Positions 18,181-26,497 of a DNA stretch of 64,000 nucleotides are shown here, piece by piece. How positions within the stretch are numbered: the first letter of the stretch is position 1; every line of letters starts with the position of its first letter. Source of the stretch: a virus; the IMG/VR virus record IMGVR_UViG_3300036832_000974, positions 24,796 to 88,795 of that record. One strand, written 5' to 3'. Both the position numbers and the translations under genes were made by a program. Below the pieces are notes generated by a model that worked only from the letters and a program-made list of their open reading frames with translations, had not been told where the DNA came from and ran no database searches.

Positions 18181-21100
18181 TTATGCAAACCCCAGATTAG
18201 CTGCACTGTTACGCCGGTCGGCCGCATCCTGCGACATGCGGTCAATCCGCGAGCTATGCCGGGTCGACGAGCGCCGCTGAGCTGGAGACGGATGCTCAAT
18301 CTCGATCTTGGTCTTGATCGGCTTCGACAGCTCATCGCGTGCCGCACGCACCTGAGTGTGAAGATTGGATTCGCCGATGTCACCGCTGACACCAGTGGTA
18401 GCGCTGCCAGCAGCGCCAACGATATGGCCGGGACTCTTGGTCCAGTCGATCGCCGTCTGAGTGGCTGGCGCACTAGGACGTGCCTGCCCTTCGCCGGGCG
18501 GATGGCGGAAAGTGTATCGGTCGATGCGCTCTTGCCGACGCCATGGCCCCTGATTGCCGCCGAGCATCGTGAACTTGCCGGTCTTCGGATCGACGCTCTC
18601 GGCAATAGCAACATGCGATCCTGGTTGACCAACTTGCGCGCCGCCGCCAAAGCGGCTGCTCTTGCGCACGACGATGTCGCCAGCATGCGGTGCGCCGCCG
18701 CCTGTTCCATACCTGAGCCAGTTGGAAGCCACCGCCGCGCCTTCCACAGGCACGCCGCCGGACCGCTTCACGGCCGCGGCAACGAAGTCGCCGCACCAGT
18801 TGTCGTCCATGCGGTAGCCCTTCGCCGCCAGCATGCGCTTGACCGCGCTCGGGCTACCCATGGTCGCCAATGCAGCAGCCTCTTTGAGAATATCGCTCGG
18901 AACATTGCTGGCCGTCGCCTGCGCTGGATCCCATGGCTTGTAGCCACCAGCGCCTACGGCGCCGGTAGCGCCCGTGGTCGTGTCGCCAGCCCGCATCCGC
19001 TGCGCCCATTTGGCAGCGCCTGCCCCCATGTCGCTGTACCACTCGCCACCGATGTTCGCGAGCCGCGCTCCCGCTGCGCCGACCTGCTTGGCGTAAGGGT
19101 GCTCATAATGCCCCGGCTGCCACATGCCTTGATCAGTGCGGTAGTCGATCAAATTGCTGCCGCCTCTGACAGCCTCGTACGCCGCCAGCGCCGCGGTCCG
19201 CTCAGCACCGCCGAGCGGCGTCGTCTGACCGCGATTCACCGGCCCGAAAAAACCACCATAGAGAATCTTCGATGCCGACTGTCCGGTCATGGCGGCGCGG
19301 TTCGCTGCGGCTTCGAGCGGCCCCTGCGCATGACCACGCAACTCGGTGTTGGTCGCCCGCAGCATCGCTTCCTTCAGCTGCGGATTAGCATCCAGCTCCT
19401 TAAAGAATTTGGCGCGCGCCGTTGCCAGATTGGTGCTGCCGCCGGGTCCAGCACCGCCAGCACTGGTTTGCCCCGCACCGGTGCCGCCGGGACCTCCAAT
19501 GTAGCCTTCCGGCAACGTCCCACCACCCGCCTTGAGATCCTCGGTCAAGAGCCCGAGCGGCTTCTTGAAGTCAGCAGTCTCAGAGCCCTTGAGCCATTCT
19601 GGCGATGAGCGGTCCTCGCCAGAGCCGCCCGCGCCAGTGCCACCATCGCCACTACCGCCCGCACCGGTACCACCACCACCGCCACCGCCGCCACCGCCGC
19701 CACCACGACCACCACCGCCGCCGCTGCCCGGTCCCCAACCGCCGCCACCGCCAGCGCCAGGAAGCCCGCCCATCACGGCGGTCGGATCGATCCCCGGCCG
19801 GTAGCCGCGGTTGCGCGAAAGCGCGCGCCACAGCCCCGCCATCGCCGGATCGGGCTTATCGATGTACTGCGTCGAGCCGCCCGGCCCTGGCGCTGCACCT
19901 TCGCCTGCGCCCATCGCCTGACCAAGCGGCACCACGGCCTCGGGCCCGGCCTCGCCGATCATCGCCAGCGTCGGCGAGGTGACGACACCGCCAGATGCAT
20001 ACGGCTTAATCCGGCTGGTCCATGGCACACTGGTCGCTGGCTTGTTGCCACCACCACCCTGGCCGTAAACGTCATTGAGGTATTTGTTGATGGCCGATCC
20101 GGCCCGGTTTGTGCCGATATTGTTGGGGTCGCCGGTCTTCTTGCTGGGGTCGTATCCAATCAAGGTGTTGAGGTATTCAATTCCCTTGTTGATGCCTTTG
20201 ACCGCTGCATCGATCGACTCGAACTCACCGGCAAGCGTATGAATCAATTCGCTACCACCAAGCAGGTGGAGAAGCTTGCCAAACTCCTCATAGAGCGTTT
20301 TGACACTGGTCCCTAAGTGGTCAAGCGCCTCTGACGCTTGCGCCTTAAACAGCGCGCTGTCATCGACCGCCTTGTTGAGCCGCTTTTGCTCCTCGATATT
20401 CGCAACAAGCTGGCTCCGTATCCGTGGGTACAGATGCAGCCACTCGCGCAGCTCCGGCAGCTCACCGAACATCTGGCGCCGCGCTTCTTCCGATTTTGGC
20501 GCGCGCTCAAGCAAAGTGTCGGAGAACTGAACAATGTCGCTTCTGCCTTGCTGCCAGCTGCGCAAGGCGTCCTCGATCGGAAGCGCCGACTTCATCCGAT
20601 AGGCTTGATCGATGATGTTGGCGAACAGCCCACCGCCTCGACCGGGATCGCCGCTGATCTGAGCCAGCGTCTGAACCAGCGCGGCTGATTGCTCGTCGGC
20701 GTCCTTGGCGGCGATCCCAGCTTCTCTGAACGCCTTGGACAGATTGCCGTGCACCTCCAGCGCACCGCTGCCCAGGTTCTTCAATGAGCCACCAAGCCGG
20801 TTGAGATATTCCGGCATGTCATCGAGATCGATCCCGCCAGCACTGCGCGCAACGTTGACGACCTTCATGACATCGCCAAACGTCGAGCGCGTGACGGTGG
20901 AAAAGCGCTCCATCGTCGGGAACAGCTTTTCCAGCTGCTCGTTGGTCATCGCGGTGTGGCTGCGCAGGTCGACGAAGTCTTTGGTTAGCTGCTCGACCGG
21001 CTTGCCGACCGTTGGTGCCAGCTTCTCAAAACTTTCGACCAGATGATCGGCTTCGTGGGCGGTCAGCTTGCTGGTTGCTTCCAGCGCTTTCAGTCCCTTC

Positions 21101-21342
21101 TCAGCTTCGGCAAACGCCTTGTAGGCTTCCTTGCCGAACTCAACGACTTTATCGCTTGCCTTCCCAAGACTGGGAATGAGGGTGGACCCGATACCAGCCG
21201 CGAGGCCGGTCATTGCCGCTTGGGTCAGACCGAAGCCCTTGGTCATGGCATCGGAGGCGGCCTTGGCATTCTTCGCTGCGCTCTCGAACCCCTGCTTGGT
21301 TTTATCAGTTACGCCTATATTCAGGTTGACGTCGTCGGTCAT
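18181..21342 (-). CDS. Tape measure protein with Gly-rich linker and C-terminal peptidoglycan hydrolase domain(s) (TIGR02594/CHAP-like)
   Basis: Helical Ala-rich N-terminus. YASGGVV...IGEAGPEAVVPL motif. WCGDFV...GDIVV...HVAI...LGGNQ. Lies between chaperone and gpU. Confidence 0.88.
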   Translation of the reverse strand: MTDDVNLNIGVTDKTKQGFESAAKNAKAASDAMTKGFGLTQAAMTGLAAGIGSTLIPSLGKASDKVVEFGKEAYKAFAEAEKGLKALEATSKLTAHEADHLVESFEKLAPTVGKPVEQLTKDFVDLRSHTAMTNEQLEKLFPTMERFSTVTRSTFGDVMKVVNVARSAGGIDLDDMPEYLNRLGGSLKNLGSGALEVHGNLSKAFREAGIAAKDADEQSAALVQTLAQISGDPGRGGGLFANIIDQAYRMKSALPIEDALRSWQQGRSDIVQFSDTLLERAPKSEEARRQMFGELPELREWLHLYPRIRSQLVANIEEQKRLNKAVDDSALFKAQASEALDHLGTSVKTLYEEFGKLLHLLGGSELIHTLAGEFESIDAAVKGINKGIEYLNTLIGYDPSKKTGDPNNIGTNRAGSAINKYLNDVYGQGGGGNKPATSVPWTSRIKPYASGGVVTSPTLAMIGEAGPEAVVPLGQAMGAGEGAAPGPGGSTQYIDKPDPAMAGLWRALSRNRGYRPGIDPTAVMGGLPGAGGGGGWGPGSGGGGGRGGGGGGGGGGGGTGAGGSGDGGTGAGGSGEDRSSPEWLKGSETADFKKPLGLLTEDLKAGGGTLPEGYIGGPGGTGAGQTSAGGAGPGGSTNLATARAKFFKELDANPQLKEAMLRATNTELRGHAQGPLEAAANRAAMTGQSASKILYGGFFGPVNRGQTTPLGGAERTAALAAYEAVRGGSNLIDYRTDQGMWQPGHYEHPYAKQVGAAGARLANIGGEWYSDMGAGAAKWAQRMRAGDTTTGATGAVGAGGYKPWDPAQATASNVPSDILKEAAALATMGSPSAVKRMLAAKGYRMDDNWCGDFVAAAVKRSGGVPVEGAAVASNWLRYGTGGGAPHAGDIVVRKSSRFGGGAQVGQPGSHVAIAESVDPKTGKFTMLGGNQGPWRRQERIDRYTFRHPPGEGQARPSAPATQTAIDWTKSPGHIVGAAGSATTGVSGDIGESNLHTQVRAARDELSKPIKTKIEIEHPSPAQRRSSTRHSSRIDRMSQDAADRRNSAANLGFA

Positions 21343-21809
21343 GACACCCGCCTAGCAGCTGGGTCTGGCATATCGAGCGCCATACCTGGACCGCCCTCCG
21401 GCGGCGGCCGTATCGGCAGCACTGTCGTCTCAGCTGGGAAGCGCGGGTCGTTCTGATCGACAGCCCGGGCGCCCGGCTCCTCCGGCGGTACTGCATCGGC
21501 TGGCGTCGCCATCGGCCGCACCCCGTTGGTGAGGTCGTCTTTGAGCGCCTGCGGCACCACGTTGTAGAGCGCCAGCATGACGCGGTCGGCATCGGGATAG
21601 GAGATCTGGCGCAGCACCATCTCGGGAATGCCGGACAGCTCGGCAAGCAGTGCCAGCGATGACGGAAACTGGCCGCTGCTCCACCGCACCATGGTCTCGA
21701 TCGTGAGCGGCCTGATCTCGACGACCTCGATGGTTTGGTTGGCGTGCTTGATCGGTGTGGCCAGCTCCACCGCCCAGCCGCCGGTGCGCCGCATGATATC
21801 GAATGCCAT
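21339..21809 (-). CDS. Tail assembly chaperone (gpE/gp41-like)
   Basis: VELATPI...IRP...LLAELSGIP...LRQISYPDADRV. Lies between tube and tape measure. Confidence 0.75.
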   Translation of the reverse strand: MAFDIMRRTGGWAVELATPIKHANQTIEVVEIRPLTIETMVRWSSGQFPSSLALLAELSGIPEMVLRQISYPDADRVMLALYNVVPQALKDDLTNGVRPMATPADAVPPEEPGARAVDQNDPRFPAETTVLPIRPPPEGGPGMALDMPDPAARRVS

Positions 21810-21820
21810 TGGCTACACCG

Positions 21821-22411
21821 TTACGGGATCGTGCCCTGCAATATCCCCGCTGGCAGCACTGGCGCCGCGCTCGGCGTCGGGATGTTGAGAATGCGGTTAA
21901 TGTCGGCGTTACGGTCGTAGGTGCCGACGATGAATCGATTCTCGAAGAACGACCAGTCATAGATCGGCGTCACACCAATCGAGAGCTGGTAGAGCGTGAT
22001 TCCCTTGATGCCGTAATTCCAATGCTGGGCGGCGCCGAGATTCCAGTTCTGCGGATCGGCAAGACCGAGACGCCCTCTCATCTTCGCAGTAACGCGCGAC
22101 GTCGCCGCAGTCATGCGATCACGCAGCAGGCCGTAGACCCAGAACACATTCTGCTCGGCGATCCACGACGCAATCAGTGTCGCCACCTGCGCATTCCATC
22201 CCATCAGCTGGAATGTCGCTTCCATCTTGGCAAACTGGGTATCCACCTCGATGCCGATCGGCGTGCCAGCAGCGCGATGATCGACATATTGCTCGTTCAT
22301 CGCCGGAAGCTTGAACTCGGTCAGCTCCAAGTAAAGACCAGCATTGGTGTCGGTCGGCTCACGACCGCAAAACATGTTCGCCTTCTCAAGCGTGAGGATG
22401 GTGTCTGACAT
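21821..22411 (-). CDS. Major tail tube protein (P2 FII-like), copy 1
   Basis: LELTEFKLP...DHRAAG...IEVD...MEATF...MRGRLG. AGGAG RBS. Confidence 0.88.
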   Translation of the reverse strand: MSDTILTLEKANMFCGREPTDTNAGLYLELTEFKLPAMNEQYVDHRAAGTPIGIEVDTQFAKMEATFQLMGWNAQVATLIASWIAEQNVFWVYGLLRDRMTAATSRVTAKMRGRLGLADPQNWNLGAAQHWNYGIKGITLYQLSIGVTPIYDWSFFENRFIVGTYDRNADINRILNIPTPSAAPVLPAGILQGTIP

Positions 22412-22491
22412 TGCCTTGCTCCTGATAGATTGCGAAATAGCTCGACGCACGGTCAGACGACCGTTTCATCGACGTTGGTGATGCGGGGTGG

Positions 22492-22998
22492 TTAAGCTGC
22501 GTCGCGCGCGACGATCAGTCGGTTCTCGAAGAAGTTCCAGTCAAAGACAACGGTTTCATCGACCGTCAGTCGGTAGGCGATGATGCCTTTGATCTCGTAA
22601 GTGATGTGCTGCAGGGCACCGAGACTCCACGGCTCTGGCTCGACACTGCCAAGACGGCCGCGTAGCATCGCTTCGATGGTCTTTGGTTTCCTAGACATAC
22701 GATCGCGCAGCAGGCCATAAATCCAGAACACGTTCTGCTCAACCTTCCACGCATCGATCAGGGTCGCCACCTCGACATTCCACCCGAGCAGCCGGAACTG
22801 AGTTTCCAGCTTGCCGAACACAACATCGACCTCGATCCCCATCGGCGCGCCGCCGGGCCGATGATCGACGTAGTTTTCCTTGAAGGCCGGCAGCTTAAAA
22901 TCGGTAAGCTCAAGATAGAGACCGTGGCTTTCGCGGGTGGGCGCGGTCATGCCGCAGAACATGTTGGCCTTCTCAAGGGTGAGAAGCATGTCGGTCAT
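22492..22998 (-). CDS. Major tail tube protein (P2 FII-like), copy 2
   Basis: Close paralogue of 21821..22411 (LTLEKANMFCG, GLYLELT, EQNVFW.YGLLRDRM, FFENR). Confidence 0.85.
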   Translation of the reverse strand: MTDMLLTLEKANMFCGMTAPTRESHGLYLELTDFKLPAFKENYVDHRPGGAPMGIEVDVVFGKLETQFRLLGWNVEVATLIDAWKVEQNVFWIYGLLRDRMSRKPKTIEAMLRGRLGSVEPEPWSLGALQHITYEIKGIIAYRLTVDETVVFDWNFFENRLIVARDAA

Positions 22999-23210
22999 TT
23001 AGGCACCCCGACGATGAGCGTGTGAAGGCGCTGGCTCGGCATGGTGGTCTGCTTCGGCAGTGGACCGTAGCAGTCAGAGCAGCGCCGCTTGATGCGGGTT
23101 TTGTCGTTCTGCTCGCAACCGCGTCCGGTCATGCGACAGCCATACAGCTGGTAATCGTCGGCCGCGCCACTCGGGCCGTACACGACGATCGTCCGCATCT
23201 CGGTCATCAA
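22995..23210 (-). CDS. Hypothetical Cys-containing small protein
   Basis: 71 aa ORF overlapping both neighbours (translational coupling). Confidence 0.5.
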   Translation of the reverse strand: MMTEMRTIVVYGPSGAADDYQLYGCRMTGRGCEQNDKTRIKRRCSDCYGPLPKQTTMPSQRLHTLIVGVPK

Positions 23211-23542
23211 TCCGGATCCTTGCAGTACAACGAGTTTACGCCCGCGCGATCGGCCAGCTCGCGGACGTCGTAGCCATAGAGCGGGTCACCATCGGGATCG
23301 TCGACCACCGCGCGCGCATAAGCTTGAAGTGCAGCCAGGGCGTACCTGTCTTTGAGCATGATCACGAAAAACTCGCCGGGCGTTTTCGGCACGCCCCATT
23401 CCAGCATGCCGTGGCGCTCCAACGTCGCAAACGCATAGTCAACATCGGCACGTGCGCCAGGATCATCTGGCAGCTTGGCCATGCGGACGACCGCGTACTT
23501 GCCGCGGCCGTCCTTGGTGATGTTGCGGATGAGGCGGGTCAT
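23207..23542 (-). CDS. Hypothetical protein inserted between sheath and tube
   Basis: 111 aa, ATGA overlap with sheath stop. FFVIMLKDRYALAALQAYA motif typical of small phage proteins. Confidence 0.7.
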   Translation of the reverse strand: MTRLIRNITKDGRGKYAVVRMAKLPDDPGARADVDYAFATLERHGMLEWGVPKTPGEFFVIMLKDRYALAALQAYARAVVDDPDGDPLYGYDVRELADRAGVNSLYCKDPD

Positions 23543-25449
23543 CCGACGAAGGTGAGCTGCTCTGCGAGCTGAGCCACCATCGCATCGATGGCTGGCTTGT
23601 AGCGCGCGCTCATGGTGGTGATGCGCTTCAAGACCGGAGGCTCTTCGGCCGCGAAGCTGACAGTGAGATGGCCCAGCCGGATCTCTTCGGCGCTGTTGAG
23701 GTTGCCTTGGAAGCTGACCTTGTAGCCGAGGATCTGCTGCTGCGCCGTGAGCTGGCCAAGGAAGTTGGCGATCGTCTCTTCGATGTTCGCCACGGTTTGA
23801 CGATCGATGTTGGTTCGGCCAAGATAGGTGCGCAACGCCGGCATTAAACTCAAGTGAATATAGTCGCGCCCTCTTTTCACATTATACATTCTCCAGAGTT
23901 CATCATCTCCCATATTATCAGTGGCAATGAGGATAAACCCACCAGAACTAATTGCCGTTTCCACACCCACCAATCCGCGCACCATGACACCGAGGTTTGC
24001 TGCCAGCAGCAGCTGGCCTTCGGTAGCGCCGTCGGTGAGCGAGAACGCGATGCTGCGCGCCGGCCCGACGATGCCCTGCACCGCGCGGTTGGCAAACGAG
24101 TGGAACGGAAAGCCGGTGCGGAAGTCCTCCGCGACCATGCAGCCCGCCGCACGCGGCGCCAGCGGCATCACCATGATGTTGCCGCTTGCGGGATCAATCA
24201 CCTTGCAGCCACCGGACAGACCGATCAGCCGCTGGCTGTTCAACGTGTCGCGCCAGTTCTCATCAGCAATGGTCGAGGTGCCAGAGCTTTCCACGATCGC
24301 ATGCGCAATCAGGGTGTCGAGCACGCCGGTCAGCTCGGCACAAACCGGATTGGCACCAAGCGCCATGGTGGCGGTGAGTGTGCAGTCGGCTGCCACCTGC
24401 GCATCGACGCCACCGGTGAGATGCGGTGGCCACGACGCGCCGGTCACGGTCGATCCGATGGTGAAGCTGTTGCCAGCCACGCCGGGCATCTGTGCAGTGA
24501 TATTGAGCGCGAATAGCGTACCCAGCACCTTCTCATAGCTGCACAGCCCAATGTTGGGATCGGCCTGCGCGGTGGTGCCTTCCAGATACGCCACAAGGTT
24601 ATCGAGCGTGTCTGACAGGTTGGCGCCAAGCTTGACCTGATGCGCCGCGGGCGTCCCGGTCGCGGCAATGAAGGTGACGTCCTGCGAGTTGAGGGTAATC
24701 TTGGATCCGACCCCGGGCATGCCCTGGAACAGGATCTGGCCGGTAGCCGCCTGTGCTTCCTGCGCTTCGCCGTCGTGCGCTGGCAGCGTCGCGGTCGGTG
24801 CCACCGTGAACCACGCACCCCAGCTGTCGATGAAGATATCGCGATCGTGGATCTCGCCATTAGCGTCGGCAACCGCGTGCGCCTGCGGCAGCACCACGTT
24901 GGCACCGTTGGTCTCGCCGCCGCCGAGCCCGAACGTCACCGTGTAAGTCTGGCCAGGGATGTAGCCAACACCGACAATATCGGTCAGCAGGGTATCGAGT
25001 GAGTTCGCCATCTGCCCGGTGTAGCCGGGCGCGATGATAATCCGCGGCGTGCAGTACAGCGTGTTAGGCGCCTTCAAGAACGCATGCACCCCGGTGCCCT
25101 GCACGCTGTTGCCCATGATCCGCGCGATGGTCTGCTGCAGTTTGAGGTTAGCGTCGCTCTGGCTGCCGTAGTCGGTGCGCACGATCACCAGCTGAGCCGC
25201 GATCTCAAAGTCCGCCAGCTGGTCATTGATTGCATCAATAGCATCTGGGATGTAACCGTCTGTGCCGAGCTTCTTGAGGGTAGGTAGGTCGTTCGAGAAG
25301 ACGAGGACAGGCGTGTCGAGCGGAAAGATGGTCGGATCAGCCTGCGCGGCCGGGCCGATGATTCCCACCACGTCCATGTTGGCGCCGAGGATCGGCTGGG
25401 GTTGATCGTCAACTTGTATAAACTGCAGGCCAAACGTGGGGTTCGCCAT
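23539..25449 (-). CDS. Contractile tail sheath protein with inserted domain
   Basis: VVGIIGPA...FPLDTPVL, PRIIIAPG, LNSAEEIRLGHLTVSFAAEEPPVLKRI. GGAG RBS. Confidence 0.93.
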   Translation of the reverse strand: MANPTFGLQFIQVDDQPQPILGANMDVVGIIGPAAQADPTIFPLDTPVLVFSNDLPTLKKLGTDGYIPDAIDAINDQLADFEIAAQLVIVRTDYGSQSDANLKLQQTIARIMGNSVQGTGVHAFLKAPNTLYCTPRIIIAPGYTGQMANSLDTLLTDIVGVGYIPGQTYTVTFGLGGGETNGANVVLPQAHAVADANGEIHDRDIFIDSWGAWFTVAPTATLPAHDGEAQEAQAATGQILFQGMPGVGSKITLNSQDVTFIAATGTPAAHQVKLGANLSDTLDNLVAYLEGTTAQADPNIGLCSYEKVLGTLFALNITAQMPGVAGNSFTIGSTVTGASWPPHLTGGVDAQVAADCTLTATMALGANPVCAELTGVLDTLIAHAIVESSGTSTIADENWRDTLNSQRLIGLSGGCKVIDPASGNIMVMPLAPRAAGCMVAEDFRTGFPFHSFANRAVQGIVGPARSIAFSLTDGATEGQLLLAANLGVMVRGLVGVETAISSGGFILIATDNMGDDELWRMYNVKRGRDYIHLSLMPALRTYLGRTNIDRQTVANIEETIANFLGQLTAQQQILGYKVSFQGNLNSAEEIRLGHLTVSFAAEEPPVLKRITTMSARYKPAIDAMVAQLAEQLTFVG

Positions 25450-25576
25450 TTACATCTCCATGAGTTTGATAGGTTAACCGGTCGACCTCACCGTCACAGT
25501 GACGAGCTGCACGTAGTCAGGCCGTCTCGGCCGCCGGTACGACCGCTTCGAAGCCGGACAAGCACGGGCCTCGGAG

Positions 25577-25813
25577 TTAGAATTCAATCCCCGACGGTAT
25601 GAGGATTTCGAGCTGGGTTTTGTCGTTAACGGTTTGATCGCCGCCGTAAACCGCGATCTCCAACACAGGTCGTCGGTTCGTGGTGGTCGGCGGGTCGGTG
25701 TAGAGCTGGATCAACCGCACATACTGCGTGCCCGCTTGGTCGGGCTGGATCGGCGAAATCTCGATGCTCTGCACGCCGTCGATGCGCAGATTGCTGCGGT
25801 CGAATGTGAACAT
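25577..25813 (-). CDS. Hypothetical protein
   Basis: 78 aa with GGGG RBS, in operon orientation. Confidence 0.65.
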   Translation of the reverse strand: MFTFDRSNLRIDGVQSIEISPIQPDQAGTQYVRLIQLYTDPPTTTNRRPVLEIAVYGGDQTVNDKTQLEILIPSGIEF

Positions 25814-25822
25814 GCTTTCCCC

Positions 25823-26497
25823 TTACAGATGGAAGGCTGCGATATTGGCCCGACCAAGCTTGATCGCGCTCAGAACTGGCGTGAAGGTGACGGCGCTTGC
25901 CACGGCATTGACCCGGCTCCCCGCCGTGAACGGCAGAACATTCGTCGATGTGCCGGTGACGAAGCCGTCGTCTTCCCATGCCGGATCGCAAGTCGGCGTC
26001 GTCACGTTTGACGGCCCTGCCCAGAACGCAAAGAACAGCCGTCCCGGACCGCTCGGCGTGCCCGACGTGATCGTCGGTGCGACCGTGCCCGAGTTGGCGG
26101 CCGTGGCATAAGCCGCCGCGTCGTAGGGCGATGGCGCAGCACCCGCGGCCCACATGCCGCCAGCGCTCATGATGGACGTAGAGCCAGAGCGCGCCGTGGC
26201 GGTGATTGTCCCACCCACCAGAAGATTGGTGATCCGCGACCAGAAGATGCTACAGCCGCCCGCGCTGTTGTCCGTCCATCCGGTGTTATTCCAGGTATTG
26301 CCGGATGTATCTGATACGACACCCATCGCCGAGGTGGCGCTCTGGTCAGCGACGCCGATCGCAACCAGTGCTCCTACCGGAATGATGAGGCCGGAGAACA
26401 CCACGGAGCCAGTGCTGTGACGCGCCGAGAGCGCGGTGCGAGGTCCCCATGCCTGCGCGCCGCCGATGAAGCCGCGCGCCGCGGGTAGGATGATCAC
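25823..26497 (-). CDS. Fibre-associated beta-sandwich protein
   Basis: GTG 26497 overlaps the TGA of 26494..27867. Resembles the N-terminal domain of ORF 2..2683. Confidence 0.65.
   Translation of the reverse strand: MIILPAARGFIGGAQAWGPRTALSARHSTGSVVFSGLIIPVGALVAIGVADQSATSAMGVVSDTSGNTWNNTGWTDNSAGGCSIFWSRITNLLVGGTITATARSGSTSIMSAGGMWAAGAAPSPYDAAAYATAANSGTVAPTITSGTPSGPGRLFFAFWAGPSNVTTPTCDPAWEDDGFVTGTSTNVLPFTAGSRVNAVASAVTFTPVLSAIKLGRANIAAFHL

Noticed and set aside
21339-21809. P2-type gpE/E' programmed frameshift
   Set aside because: The chaperone abuts the tape measure start, with no room for an E' frame and no obvious slippery T-run.
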